A DNA stretch of 40,000 bases. It comes from Candidatus Peregrinibacteria bacterium CG10_big_fil_rev_8_21_14_0_10_55_24 (GTDB lineage: Bacteria; Patescibacteriota; Gracilibacteria; Peribacterales; Peribacteraceae). Below the pieces are notes generated by a model. That model did no database searches. It was not told the DNA's origin and saw only the letters and a list, made by a program, of their open reading frames with translations. Position 1 is the stretch's first letter. Every line of letters starts with the position of its first letter. The position numbers and the translations under genes were made by a program. Location of the stretch: positions 95,609 to 135,608 of the forward strand of contig PFDV01000005.1 of NCBI GenBank assembly GCA_002772745.1, given 5' to 3'. This document shows, piece after piece, positions 1 through 8,831 of the stretch.

Positions 1-1
1 C

Positions 2-958
2 GCGCTGCGCAGTGCATTCGATATCGATCCTGCGGATGCTCAAGCGCGTACCGAGGCTGCGGAAGCTGAGCGCGCCGCATTCCTCCTTTTTCTGCGTGGT
101 CTGCATGCACACAACGCCGCGTGGGATTCCGATTTCTCGGGAGTGTTCCGTCGGCTTCTCACGGTGTCACTCGGTGCGCTGACAGAGCAGGACATGCGTG
201 ACCGGATTCTCGCGCAATCACGCGCGACGTTTCTCTCTCAGCTCCTCACCGCAGGAGAGCGCGTGGAGGAACTCGCAGCAGCGGAAGAGGAACTGGCTGC
301 TCTGCAGGATGCGTACCGCAAACAGCAGAGTGCACTCGCGGTAGTGAGCACAGTGGCATCTACCGTGGGCGGAGATCGCACGGAGGAGATCAAGCAAATC
401 GAAGCCGAAGTCCATGCACAGGTGCTCAAGATGCAGTCGGAGCTCGCGCGCATTGATGCGCGACTCCGCCGTCGTGCCGAGCGTTCACTCATCGACAAGG
501 GGCTCCTTCCGGCGCAGCCGGGAAAGCACACCGACGGCATCGTCGACTTTACGCCGCAGTTCGCGTGGCCCACGTACGGACCCATTTCCGCCGGATTCCT
601 GGATAGCGCGTACCGAGAGCGTTTTGGCGTTCCCCATCGGGGCATGGATATCGTCGTCTCGCAGGGGAGTCCTGTTGCCAGCGCCGCGGAGGGGATTGTT
701 TTCATCACCAAAGATGGAGGAGCTCGGGGGTACTCGTATGTTCTCGTCGGCCATCGCGGAGGGTATGCCACGCTCTACGGACATCTTCTCCACATTGGAG
801 TCTCCGCGGGACAGGAACTGAGTCAGGGCCAGGCCATCGGTGCAAGTGGAGGTGATCCTGGAACACCCGGTTCCGGTCCCATGACCACGGGACCTCACCT
901 GCATTTTGAGGTCATAAAGAACGGCGTGAATATCAATCCGCGTACGGTCCTTCCGTAA
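2..958 (+). CDS. M23/LytM-family metallopeptidase with coiled-coil N-terminal region (5' end off-window)
   Basis: The frame is open from nt 2 with no stop before the GTG at 143 used by the ORF track, so the gene probably starts upstream of the window. The C-terminal half carries the M23 signatures PHRGMDIV (HxxxD) and GPHLHFEV (HxH). The Ala/Glu/Gln-rich N-terminal part resembles EnvC/NlpD-like proteins. Confidence 0.85.
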   Translation, partial: ALRSAFDIDPADAQARTEAAEAERAAFLLFLRGLHAHNAAWDSDFSGVFRRLLTVSLGALTEQDMRDRILAQSRATFLSQLLTAGERVEELAAAEEELAALQDAYRKQQSALAVVSTVASTVGGDRTEEIKQIEAEVHAQVLKMQSELARIDARLRRRAERSLIDKGLLPAQPGKHTDGIVDFTPQFAWPTYGPISAGFLDSAYRERFGVPHRGMDIVVSQGSPVASAAEGIVFITKDGGARGYSYVLVGHRGGYATLYGHLLHIGVSAGQELSQGQAIGASGGDPGTPGSGPMTTGPHLHFEVIKNGVNINPRTVLP

Positions 959-1015
959 CGACTCGCGCACGCACGCGTATTGCGCATCGGTTTTCATCCA
1001 CTATCATTCTGACCA

Positions 1016-1969
1016 GTGCCACTCTTCGCGTCATTCACAGTCCGCCAATTCGCGCTTGCACAGATGCTCCTCGCAGTGGTGCTCGCGAACATGAATCCGG
1101 TGTTCTCCAAACTCCTTTTCAGTCGCGGGTGGACGCCGCTCACCCTCTACTTCACCACCCTTATCATTGTGAGCATCGTTCTCCTGGTGCATGAGTACAT
1201 TGCGCTGGAACGTGGAGCGCGGTGGGGGATGAGTCGGCGCGATGTTTTCGGCGTCGCCGTTTCCACGCTCGCCGCGGGGGTGCTTTCGCCGATCCTCTTC
1301 TTCACCGGCCTCACGTCTGTGGAGGCATCCGAGGCGCTGATCTTGAGTAGTACGCTGCCGCTCTTCGTAGTCTGTTTCGGGGTGCTCCTCCTCAAGGAGC
1401 GCTTCACGGTACAAACCGTGCTGGGAGGTATCCTCCTCCTTGCGGCGATGGGCGTGCTCTTGTGGCCCGATCTCACGGCGTTCCACATGAGTGCGGGTGC
1501 GCCGCTCATTGTCGGTTCCTCCTTCTTCGGTGCCTTTGCCACGATCATCCACAAGAAGTACGTCGTGCACCGACACCTGGATTCCATCGTGCTCGTGCGC
1601 ACACTCGCGAGCCTGCTCGTCGTTGGGATCATCATTCTCGTCACCGATCCTGCAAGCATGCAGAGGCTCACACATCCGGAGAATATCTGGTTGGTGCTTT
1701 CGGTTCCCGTGCTCGTCTTCCTCTTCCCCTTCTTCCTCTTCTTCGGAGCAATCCGCAACGTGAAGGCTGTCGACGTAGGGATTGTGGAGGCGGCGGGGCG
1801 CGTGTTCGCCATCGTCGTTTCCAGCTCCATTCTCCAGGAGGTGCTGACCTCTTACCACATCTGGAGCATGGGGCTTGTGGTCTTCGGTGTGGTCTTCATC
1901 AATGTTCCGCTCACACGCTGGCGTATCGTACCGTCACGATTGCTCGAAATCGGTCCGCTGAGGAAGTAG
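1016..1969 (+). CDS. EamA/DMT-superfamily permease (about 10 TM helices)
   Basis: 317-aa ORF with a GTG start at 1016 (alternative ATG at 1064). It is almost entirely hydrophobic, with helices arranged in two similar halves. The family call rests on overall pattern only. Confidence 0.7.
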   Translation: MPLFASFTVRQFALAQMLLAVVLANMNPVFSKLLFSRGWTPLTLYFTTLIIVSIVLLVHEYIALERGARWGMSRRDVFGVAVSTLAAGVLSPILFFTGLTSVEASEALILSSTLPLFVVCFGVLLLKERFTVQTVLGGILLLAAMGVLLWPDLTAFHMSAGAPLIVGSSFFGAFATIIHKKYVVHRHLDSIVLVRTLASLLVVGIIILVTDPASMQRLTHPENIWLVLSVPVLVFLFPFFLFFGAIRNVKAVDVGIVEAAGRVFAIVVSSSILQEVLTSYHIWSMGLVVFGVVFINVPLTRWRIVPSRLLEIGPLRK

Positions 1970-2074
1970 CCCGGCTTCGCTGCGCCACGCCGTGGCTCAC
2001 AGGATTGGGGTTGGAGCTGGGGATCGGCGGAATTGTTCTTGCATGGGGCTGCGTTCGGTATAGATAGGCCGCCT

Positions 2075-2251
2075 ATGTCCGAAACGCCCTCATCTCCAAC
2101 GCCAGAGTGCATCAATCCTTTTGATGAAGTGTTTGCGGAAGATGAGGTCGTAGAGGGCACGCGTGGCAATGGCACTGCGTTGCGGAATCCTTATGAAGCG
2201 AACCCCGAAACGTTTCTGCAGTCATTATCGCCGGCAGAACGTGCGCGATAG
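2075..2251 (+). CDS. small acidic hypothetical protein (58 aa)
   Basis: The only forward ORF in the 1970-2382 gap, taken from ATG 2075 inside track ORF 2033-2251. No motif recognised; weak call. Confidence 0.2.
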   Translation: MSETPSSPTPECINPFDEVFAEDEVVEGTRGNGTALRNPYEANPETFLQSLSPAERAR

Positions 2252-2382
2252 TACCATCTTGTTGCAGGTCACCAGCAGCAAGCAATCCCCAAAGCTGCGG
2301 ATGAAGGAGGTGAGGAGGAGCCGCAACAGGCTCCGTCTCCTCTTTTAGAGGAAGCTCCTTCGGGCGCGGGGAGCAAGCACGC

Positions 2383-3123
2383 TTAAGCGGTGGCGGCACC
2401 CCTATACGGTTTGGGGAAGCAACTTAGGTGCACGGAAAGCGCTGTCTGGAGTGCAGTGCGGTTTCCGCGTACTTGCGCAGTGAGCTCGTGGAGAGTGGCG
2501 ATTTCCTCCGCAAGGTTCCGGTGCGAAATGATGCCAATGCCCGGTCGGTCATCCTCCTCCTCCGGGCGCGGGCTGAAGAGCACGTCGCCGATCATGGTAT
2601 TTACCCGGTACACTGCTGGTTCCACTGTTTCGCGTATGCGGAAGCGTGTGCGCAGGAGCTCCTGGAGCGGCTCGCCTGAAAGTTGTTCCCATCCTCCGTC
2701 CTGCAGGAAAGGATCGAGGGGTACGCCGAAAGAATCTCCTTTTGTGGGGAAAAGAATGATTCCCTGCTGCATCAGGGGGGATGAGTGCTCCACGCTGCGT
2801 TCATCCCGCGAAGCGGCGTCGAACCTCGATGTACGGACGGTCGGGCCGAATGCCCTATTGAACGCCTGGAAGAATTGGTCCGAGCTGCAAGCGGAGGGGA
2901 AGCGCAGTCCGTAGCGGTCAAACGTAGTTTCGTACCGCGGTCCCTCCGGTCCGTCGGGCAGTTGCTTGTAGTACTTTTCCCCTTCGACAGAAACGCGTGC
3001 GCTCACCCCCGGTTCCGACGGGAACGTGATGCTGAATGGTTCGAATCCAGGATGGTCTGCAGGGGCTTCTTCCATAGGAAGAATATCCTCCGTTCCCATA
3101 TGGATAGTGTCAACTGCTTCCAC
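2383..3123 (-). CDS. hypothetical protein (246 aa, acidic/Pro-rich)
   Basis: Longest ORF in the region. Its start overlaps the rsmI stop by 14 nt (alternative ATG at 3099), which suggests co-transcription with rsmI. No recognisable motif. Confidence 0.55.
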   Translation of the reverse strand: MEAVDTIHMGTEDILPMEEAPADHPGFEPFSITFPSEPGVSARVSVEGEKYYKQLPDGPEGPRYETTFDRYGLRFPSACSSDQFFQAFNRAFGPTVRTSRFDAASRDERSVEHSSPLMQQGIILFPTKGDSFGVPLDPFLQDGGWEQLSGEPLQELLRTRFRIRETVEPAVYRVNTMIGDVLFSPRPEEEDDRPGIGIISHRNLAEEIATLHELTAQVRGNRTALQTALSVHLSCFPKPYRGAATA

Positions 3124-3802
3124 CCCGATCTTGGACTGGTCCGAGTACGACGACGAACTCTCCTTTCTTCGTTAAGGATTTCGCAACCTCCGGCAGGTCT
3201 GCAACAGTCGTGCGCCGTACTTCCTCATGGAGCTTGGTGAGCTCCCGTGCGATGACAACAGGACGGGTGGGTTGTTCTATCAGAGCGGCTGCCAATTCTG
3301 TGAGTGTCTTTTCAATCCGGTGCACCGATTCGTAGAAGACGATTGTGAGTTCTTCATCTTTCAATGATTGTAGAAGTGTTTTGCGTCCTTTCTTCAGCGG
3401 TAGAAAGCCTATGTAGAAGAATTGGTTGATTGGCAGACCGCTTGCGCTGAGCGCGGCCAGAAATGCCGCCGGGCCGGGGATAACCTCTACGGAAAAATTG
3501 CGGTCGCGCACGCGGCTGATGAGTTTGTATCCGGGATCGGAGATACCGGGGGTTCCCGCGTCGCTCACGAGCGCGATATTCTCTCCCTCTTCCAGGCGTT
3601 TGAGTATCCACTCCACCTTCGCGTCGTCCGTAAAACTCGTCAGGCTCACGAGCTCCTTTTTGGGAATTTTGAGGTGGTGGAGGAGCGCTCCTGTCACCCG
3701 CGTATCCTCACACACCACCGCGTCTGCGGTGGTGAGGGTTTCTAGGGCACGCAGCGTGATGTCGCCGAGATTGCCGATAGGTGTCGCAACAATTGAGAGC
3801 AT
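3110..3802 (-). CDS. rsmI: 16S rRNA (cytidine1402-2'-O)-methyltransferase RsmI
   Basis: N-terminus [27 protein letters not shown] matches the characteristic RsmI/tetrapyrrole-methylase-fold start. The 230-aa length is typical. Confidence 0.9.
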   Translation of the reverse strand: MLSIVATPIGNLGDITLRALETLTTADAVVCEDTRVTGALLHHLKIPKKELVSLTSFTDDAKVEWILKRLEEGENIALVSDAGTPGISDPGYKLISRVRDRNFSVEVIPGPAAFLAALSASGLPINQFFYIGFLPLKKGRKTLLQSLKDEELTIVFYESVHRIEKTLTELAAALIEQPTRPVVIARELTKLHEEVRRTTVADLPEVAKSLTKKGEFVVVLGPVQDRGGSS

Positions 3803-4013
3803 TTCACTTGGAGTGTGACGTGGGGTGGCACGAGGCCCTGAGCGTCATCGAAGGGCCGATAGGAGTGGCTACAATCGAGAGCACCACATTAGGGTAGCAC
3901 AGGGGCTTGGTAGGCTCTCCATGCAAAGAGCGTCATTTTCTGGCTGGCTGCCCCTTCCTTCCGCTGGAGAAATCGGTATCATTCTTGAGACCGCCTTTTC
4001 TGCTTGTTTTTCT

Positions 4014-7000
4014 ATGGCAAACGATCCGCACGACGACGATATCCAGGAATCCCTTCCCTTCGATGAGGAGGGGGATGACGAAACGCCGGCTCAAAGTACT
4101 GACGAAGGCTCCCCTGCCAAGCAGCATAACGGTGTCGTTGCGCCACCGCCGCTTGCCGAGGGCGGAGAGACTCTGGCAGGTATCGGGCGGGTGGCGCCAC
4201 GTGCCATTGTTACAGAAATGGAGGAGAGCTATCTCTCCTATGCCATGAGCGTTATCGTCGCGCGTGCTCTTCCAGATGCCCGTGACGGCCTAAAACCCGT
4301 ACACCGCAGAATCCTCTTTTCCATGCATGAATTGGGCTTGAGGAGTACTGCAAAGTTCCGCAAGTGCGCACTGGTCGTCGGCGATGTGCTGGGAAAGTAC
4401 CATCCCCACGGAGATTTGGCCGTGTACGAGGCACTCGTGCGCATGGCTCAGAATTTCTCCATGCGCTACCCCCTTATTCGGGGGCAGGGGAACTTTGGTT
4501 CCATTGACGGTGATGGTGCGGCGGCCATGCGCTACACCGAGTCGAAAATGGAGAAGGTCACAGACGAGATGCTGCAGGACATCGAGAAGAATACCGTTGA
4601 CTTCCATCCCAACTACGATGCCAGTCGCAGGGAGCCTTCGGTGCTTCCTGCCAAAGTGCCGAGTCTGCTTCTCAACGGTACGGTCGGCATCGCAGTCGGC
4701 ATGGCGACGAACATCCCGCCGCACAATCTTCCCGAACTCATCGATGCCACGGTGCACCTCATCAGCAACCCAACCTCCACCGTGGAAGATCTGCTGCAGT
4801 TCATCAAGGGGCCGGATTTCCCGACAGGGGGCATTGTGTACAACCAGGAAGCGCTCCACCAGGCGTACCTTACGGGTCGCGGTTCCGTGATTGTGCGCGG
4901 CAAAGCAGTCATTGAGGAGGGCAAAGGAGGGCGCTACCACATCCGTATCTCGGAGATTCCCTACCAGGTGAACAAGTCCACTATGATCGAAAAGATGGCG
5001 AAACTGGTCCAGGACAAGGTTATTCAGGGCATCTCGGATATCCGTGACGAGTCTGATCGCGAGGGTATCCGCATCATCATTGAACTGAAAAAGGACAGCT
5101 ATCCGCAGAAGGTTTTAAACCAGCTCTTCAAGCACACCGATCTCCAGTCGAGTTTTGGCTACAACGTCATCGCTCTCGCGGACGGTATCCAACCAAGGCT
5201 CCTCAATCTCCAGGAACTCCTGAGTATTTTCGTGGGTCACCGACGCGTGGTTGTGCGCCGTCGGGTTACCTTTGATCGTGATAGGGCCAGAGAGCGTTCG
5301 CACATCCTGGAGGGCCTTGTTCTGGCGCTCCATGATATCGACAAGGTGATTGAAACGATTAAGAGGAGCGCGGACAAGGATATTGCCAAGGTGAATTTGA
5401 TGACAAAATTCAAGCTCTCCGATCTTCAGGCCGATGCCATTCTCCAGATGCGCTTGCAGACGCTTGCTGGTCTGGAGCGCCAGAAGATTGAAGACGAGCT
5501 TGAGGAGAAGCGCAAGTTCATTGCCGAGTGCGAAGCGATTCTCAAAGATGCCAAGAGAATCGACAAGATTATCGTTGATGAGCTGGAGGAGCTCAAGAAG
5601 CAGTACGGTGATGAGAGACGCACGACGATCGTCAAACATCCCGTTGGCGAGTTCAGCGCCAAAGACACCATTCCCAATGCGCCGATGATTGTGGCACTCA
5701 CGCGGACGGGGTACGTCAAGCGCTTGAGTCCTATGCAGTTTAGGGCGCAGAACCGCGGCGGCAAGGGAGTGAAAGGAATGATGATGAAAGATGATGACGA
5801 AATCATGACGCTCCTGCATGTGATGAACCACGACGATCTTCTGTTCTTCACGAATACCGGTCGCGTGTTCAAGCTGCCCACGTTCGAGCTCCCGCAGGGT
5901 ACGCGGATTGCGAAGGGGCAAGCGATTGTCAATCTCTTGCAGCTCCAGCCTGAGGAGCGTGTGACAGCGATCCTCAAGGCAGATCCCGACGGCAAGAAGC
6001 ACCTCTTTATGGCGACACGAAAGGGCACGGTAAAGCGTACCGATCTCTCTGAGTTCGAAAATATCCGTCGCAGCGGTCTCATCGCACAGAAGATGCCCTC
6101 CGGTGATGAGCTTTGCTGGGTACTGGCTACCAGTGGCGCGAATGAGATCTTCCTCCTGACGCATAAGGGCAAGGCCATTCGTTTCGAGGAGGGCGATGTC
6201 CGCTCCATGGGCCGTGCTGCTGCTGGAGTGCGCGGCGTTCGCTTGGGGCAGGGTGACCACGTGGTGGAGGCGGCGGCCATCGACGATCCGGATCACAGCA
6301 AGCTCCTCATCGTTATGGAGAATGGATTGGGGAAAATGACCCCCGTGACGGAATACCGTTTCCAGGGGAGGGGAGGGACGGGTGTCAAAGCTGCACAACT
6401 CACGGCGAAGACGGGTGACGTGGTAGGAGCCTGCGTTCTTAAAGAGGGCGATCAAGGGGATCTGTTGTGCTTGAGCAAGCAGGGGCAGGCGATCCGTATG
6501 CAGCTGAGTGATATTCCCTCGCGTGGTCGCGCAACGCAGGGGGTGATCGTCATGCGCCTCAAAGCACGCGACAAGGTTGCCTCCATGAGCGTTGTCATGG
6601 AGGACAAGGAAGGGGAAGAAGCCGTGCAGGAGGCGGCGGCCGAGACGCGTACGGAGGAAGTAGAAGAGATCAAGCGCGAAGAGCGCCGCGTGAAGCGCGC
6701 CGCGAAGGCCATGGTTCCCGTGGCGGTTGGTGCTCCTGTTGCGAAGAAGGTTGCTGCTGCTCCCATCAAAGCTCCCCGTGTCTCGACACCGGTATCTAAG
6801 GCAGCGTCGGCACCCAAGAAGGTCACGAAGAAACCCGCGAAGAACGCACCGGCGAAGTCGAAGAAGCAGGTGAAGAAAACAGTCAAGAAGCCGGCGAAGA
6901 AGCCTGCGAAGAAACCAGCGAAGAGACTGGTGAAGAAAGCACCCAAGAAGTCCGTGAAAAAACCGGTGAAGAAGTCCGTGAAGAAACCGGTGAAGAAGGC

Positions 7001-7028
7001 TCCGAAGAAGAAAGCGCGTAAGCGCTAG
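4014..7028 (+). CDS. gyrA: DNA gyrase subunit A with acidic N-terminal extension and Lys-rich C-terminal tail
   Basis: Canonical blocks are present: [42 protein letters not shown], and the catalytic-Tyr context AAMRYTE. The C-terminal domain has repeated beta-pinwheel-like segments. I moved the start to ATG 4014 (MANDPHDDD) because the 63 upstream codons of the track ORF are Arg/Gly/Ser-rich filler lying in the divergent rsmI/gyrA intergenic region. Confidence 0.95.
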   Translation: MANDPHDDDIQESLPFDEEGDDETPAQSTDEGSPAKQHNGVVAPPPLAEGGETLAGIGRVAPRAIVTEMEESYLSYAMSVIVARALPDARDGLKPVHRRILFSMHELGLRSTAKFRKCALVVGDVLGKYHPHGDLAVYEALVRMAQNFSMRYPLIRGQGNFGSIDGDGAAAMRYTESKMEKVTDEMLQDIEKNTVDFHPNYDASRREPSVLPAKVPSLLLNGTVGIAVGMATNIPPHNLPELIDATVHLISNPTSTVEDLLQFIKGPDFPTGGIVYNQEALHQAYLTGRGSVIVRGKAVIEEGKGGRYHIRISEIPYQVNKSTMIEKMAKLVQDKVIQGISDIRDESDREGIRIIIELKKDSYPQKVLNQLFKHTDLQSSFGYNVIALADGIQPRLLNLQELLSIFVGHRRVVVRRRVTFDRDRARERSHILEGLVLALHDIDKVIETIKRSADKDIAKVNLMTKFKLSDLQADAILQMRLQTLAGLERQKIEDELEEKRKFIAECEAILKDAKRIDKIIVDELEELKKQYGDERRTTIVKHPVGEFSAKDTIPNAPMIVALTRTGYVKRLSPMQFRAQNRGGKGVKGMMMKDDDEIMTLLHVMNHDDLLFFTNTGRVFKLPTFELPQGTRIAKGQAIVNLLQLQPEERVTAILKADPDGKKHLFMATRKGTVKRTDLSEFENIRRSGLIAQKMPSGDELCWVLATSGANEIFLLTHKGKAIRFEEGDVRSMGRAAAGVRGVRLGQGDHVVEAAAIDDPDHSKLLIVMENGLGKMTPVTEYRFQGRGGTGVKAAQLTAKTGDVVGACVLKEGDQGDLLCLSKQGQAIRMQLSDIPSRGRATQGVIVMRLKARDKVASMSVVMEDKEGEEAVQEAAAETRTEEVEEIKREERRVKRAAKAMVPVAVGAPVAKKVAAAPIKAPRVSTPVSKAASAPKKVTKKPAKNAPAKSKKQVKKTVKKPAKKPAKKPAKRLVKKAPKKSVKKPVKKSVKKPVKKAPKKKARKR

Positions 7029-7090
7029 AGGAAGAGTTTCGACAGGAAATCCTTGCAATCACGCTCTTGCTCCCTACAATCGCTCCGCCT

Positions 7091-7303
7091 ATGAAACAGG
7101 GTATCCATCCGCAGGTTCACGGCAACGCCAAGGCTACGTGCAGCACGTGTGGCGCCGTCTTCGTTATTCCCAGTACCATGAAAGAAATCACCGTGGAAAC
7201 CTGCAGCAAGTGTCATCCCGTGTACACCGGAGAGCAGCGCAAGGAGCTCAAGGGTGGTCGTGTCGAGCGGTTCCGCAAGAGGATGGCGAAGAGCAAGAAG
7301 TAG
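7091..7303 (+). CDS. rpmE: 50S ribosomal protein L31 (Zn-binding CxxC type)
   Basis: MKQGIHPQ...CSTCG...CSKCHPVYTG is the classical L31 sequence. Start set at ATG 7091. Confidence 0.9.
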   Translation: MKQGIHPQVHGNAKATCSTCGAVFVIPSTMKEITVETCSKCHPVYTGEQRKELKGGRVERFRKRMAKSKK

Positions 7304-7321
7304 ATTCAACAATACGTACCC

Positions 7322-7660
7322 ATGTCTCTCGACGAACCTCCTTTTCGCACAAACCTCGAACCGACGAGCAGGGGGGCAGCCAGGATTGCACTTCTCCTCT
7401 TTCGTGAGGGAAGAGAATGTCCGGTTCGCGCGGATGATATTGCCGATCGTCTTTTTCTTGCGCTCTGTACCGTCCGTGATGCGTGCGACGTTCTTGTAAG
7501 CCATGGCATCCTCGTTCGTGATGGGGCAGGGCTCAATGAAAGTTTCCGCTATCGTCTTCGCCCGTCTGGTGTGGCGGCAGATGCACAGGTGCTCCTGGAG
7601 TGCCACCTCGTGGACATGATGCCCGAGGAATTCCCATCCGAGTCCTTGGATCTCTGGTGA
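7322..7660 (+). CDS. hypothetical protein, possible winged-helix DNA-binding fold
   Basis: 112-aa ORF directly after rpmE. The segment VRADDIADRLFLALCTVRDACDVLVSHGILVRDG looks like a helix-turn-helix plus wing. A competing antisense ORF (7025-7606) overlaps rpmE and was rejected. Confidence 0.4.
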   Translation: MSLDEPPFRTNLEPTSRGAARIALLLFREGRECPVRADDIADRLFLALCTVRDACDVLVSHGILVRDGAGLNESFRYRLRPSGVAADAQVLLECHLVDMMPEEFPSESLDLW

Positions 7661-7690
7661 AGCGTCCTTGTGACGTTTACCGTGCCGTCC

Positions 7691-7993
7691 TCAGCGCAGC
7701 TTCTGCTCTTTCACATTCCTTTGCTGTGAGCGTTCTGCAGCAGAAGCGGAATCCTGTGCGCCAGAATAACTGTTGGCCGCTGATGAAAGCGGAGAAGCAA
7801 TATGGATGCGGTTCGAGTGTCCCTGCGCAGCTTCGTAGACTCCGTGGGTGATGGTGTGGATGACGCCTTCTCGTGCTATACGACGCTTCAATTCCTCATC
7901 GGTTTCCCCCGTCCGTGGTGGTTCTGTTACATCGGCGGTTGCCGGCAACATCAATTCCCTATGCAGCGCATCGATGGCGTCGAAATATCCCAT
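7691..7993 (-). CDS. hypothetical protein (100 aa)
   Basis: ORF divergent from hrcA. No motif recognised. Confidence 0.3.
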   Translation of the reverse strand: MGYFDAIDALHRELMLPATADVTEPPRTGETDEELKRRIAREGVIHTITHGVYEAAQGHSNRIHIASPLSSAANSYSGAQDSASAAERSQQRNVKEQKLR

Positions 7994-8021
7994 AGGGCAT
8001 TGGTGAGGTAAGGGCGAGAGA

Positions 8022-8048
8022 ATAGCACTCCGGGGCAGAGAGTGCTAT
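8022..8048 (+). promoter_or_regulatory. CIRCE operator (HrcA binding site)
   Basis: ATAGCACTC-N9-GAGTGCTAT is a perfect 9-bp inverted repeat with a 9-nt spacer. It matches the CIRCE consensus TTAGCACTC-N9-GAGTGCTAA at 7 of 9 positions per arm. It ends 9 nt upstream of the hrcA ATG. Confidence 0.9.
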
Positions 8049-8057
8049 ACTTCTCCT

Positions 8058-8771
8058 ATGAACGATCGTCAGAGCAAGCTGCTCATCGCCATCATCGACC
8101 AGTTCATCGATACGGCAATTCCGATCGGTTCTAAAAAACTCCTGGAATCCGGCGAGTTTGTCTGCTCATCGGCGACCATTCGTAACGAAATGGCGCTCTT
8201 GGAGGATGAGGGATTTTTGGAGCAACCGCACGTGTCCTCAGGCCGAGTCCCCACTGCGTTGGGGTATCGGATGTACGTACAGCAATACATGGAGCCATCG
8301 GCGCAGGAACACGCCGTTCGCCGGCGTTTCGATGCGCTTAAGGAGCAGTACATGCAGCGCAAGGATCAAGAGCGAGTCTACGAGTCCGTTGCGCTCCTCT
8401 CACGCATGATTCCCAACGTCGCTTTCGCTACGGTGCCCCATAAGGATCGGGTGTACTACCTGGGGCTGAGTAACGCTCTTAAACAACCGGAATTTCAACA
8501 GGACCCACTGTTGGCAAGCGGTGTTGCAGAGCTCCTGGAGGAGCGGCTCGATCATCTTCTCAAACATGTCGCTACCGACGAAAAAGTGCGCTACTACATC
8601 GGCGATCAGAACATTCTGGGCTCAGTGCAGAGCTGTAGCATGGTGGTGAAGGAGTACTGCGTGCGTTCCGAACAAGGGGTCATCGGCATCCTCGGTCCGA
8701 TGCGCATGGACTACGCGTACAACACGGTCGCGCTCGATCTTGTCGCTGATCTCCTCCACTCCTACCGTTAG
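8058..8771 (+). CDS. hrcA: heat-inducible transcription repressor HrcA (short, 237 aa)
   Basis: N-terminus ...IIDQFIDTAIPIGSKKLL....SSATIRNEMALLEDEGFLEQPHVSSGRVPTALGYRMYV matches the HrcA winged-helix region. A CIRCE element lies immediately upstream. Confidence 0.8.
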   Translation: MNDRQSKLLIAIIDQFIDTAIPIGSKKLLESGEFVCSSATIRNEMALLEDEGFLEQPHVSSGRVPTALGYRMYVQQYMEPSAQEHAVRRRFDALKEQYMQRKDQERVYESVALLSRMIPNVAFATVPHKDRVYYLGLSNALKQPEFQQDPLLASGVAELLEERLDHLLKHVATDEKVRYYIGDQNILGSVQSCSMVVKEYCVRSEQGVIGILGPMRMDYAYNTVALDLVADLLHSYR

Positions 8772-8831
8772 CCATTTTTTCGTGGGTGCGTCCGTTGATT
8801 CCACGATTTTCTCCCTCATGCTTCTGTCTCC

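Noticed and set aside
2249-2386. The in-frame continuation after the TAG stop of the small ORF at 2075-2251 stays open to a TAA at 2384-2386, suggesting readthrough or stop-codon reassignment.
   Set aside because: TAG, TGA and TAA all terminate well-supported genes at the expected positions: gyrA, rpmE and the EamA permease use TAG, most paralogs use TGA, and ATPase 1 uses TAA. The standard code therefore fits, and the small ORF itself is doubtful.
3825-4013. Upstream extensions of track ORFs: gyrA from 3825, glyA to 14854, P1 from 17131, P7 from 27598, P8 from 30162, P10 from 35727, ATPase 2 from 37458.
   Set aside because: The extensions do not align with paralogs or orthologous N-termini. 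They run through hairpin or promoter sequence. In one homologous leader (39921) the upstream ATG is ATA.
5115-7058. 647-aa minus-strand ORF inside gyrA; likewise 37584-39674 (696 aa) inside ATPase 2, 15596-16987 inside dnaX, 13295-14332 inside glyA, and 27817-28887 and 36357-37487 inside paralogs.
   Set aside because: These are antisense shadows of genes with strong motif support. Their translations are Leu/Arg/His/Val-rich low-complexity strings without motifs, typical of the reverse frame of GC-rich coding sequence.
7025-7606. 193-aa minus-strand ORF overlapping rpmE and the downstream hypothetical gene.
   Set aside because: It runs antisense through the clearly real L31 gene and has no motif. 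The plus-strand ORF at 7322-7660 is the better, though still weak, candidate.
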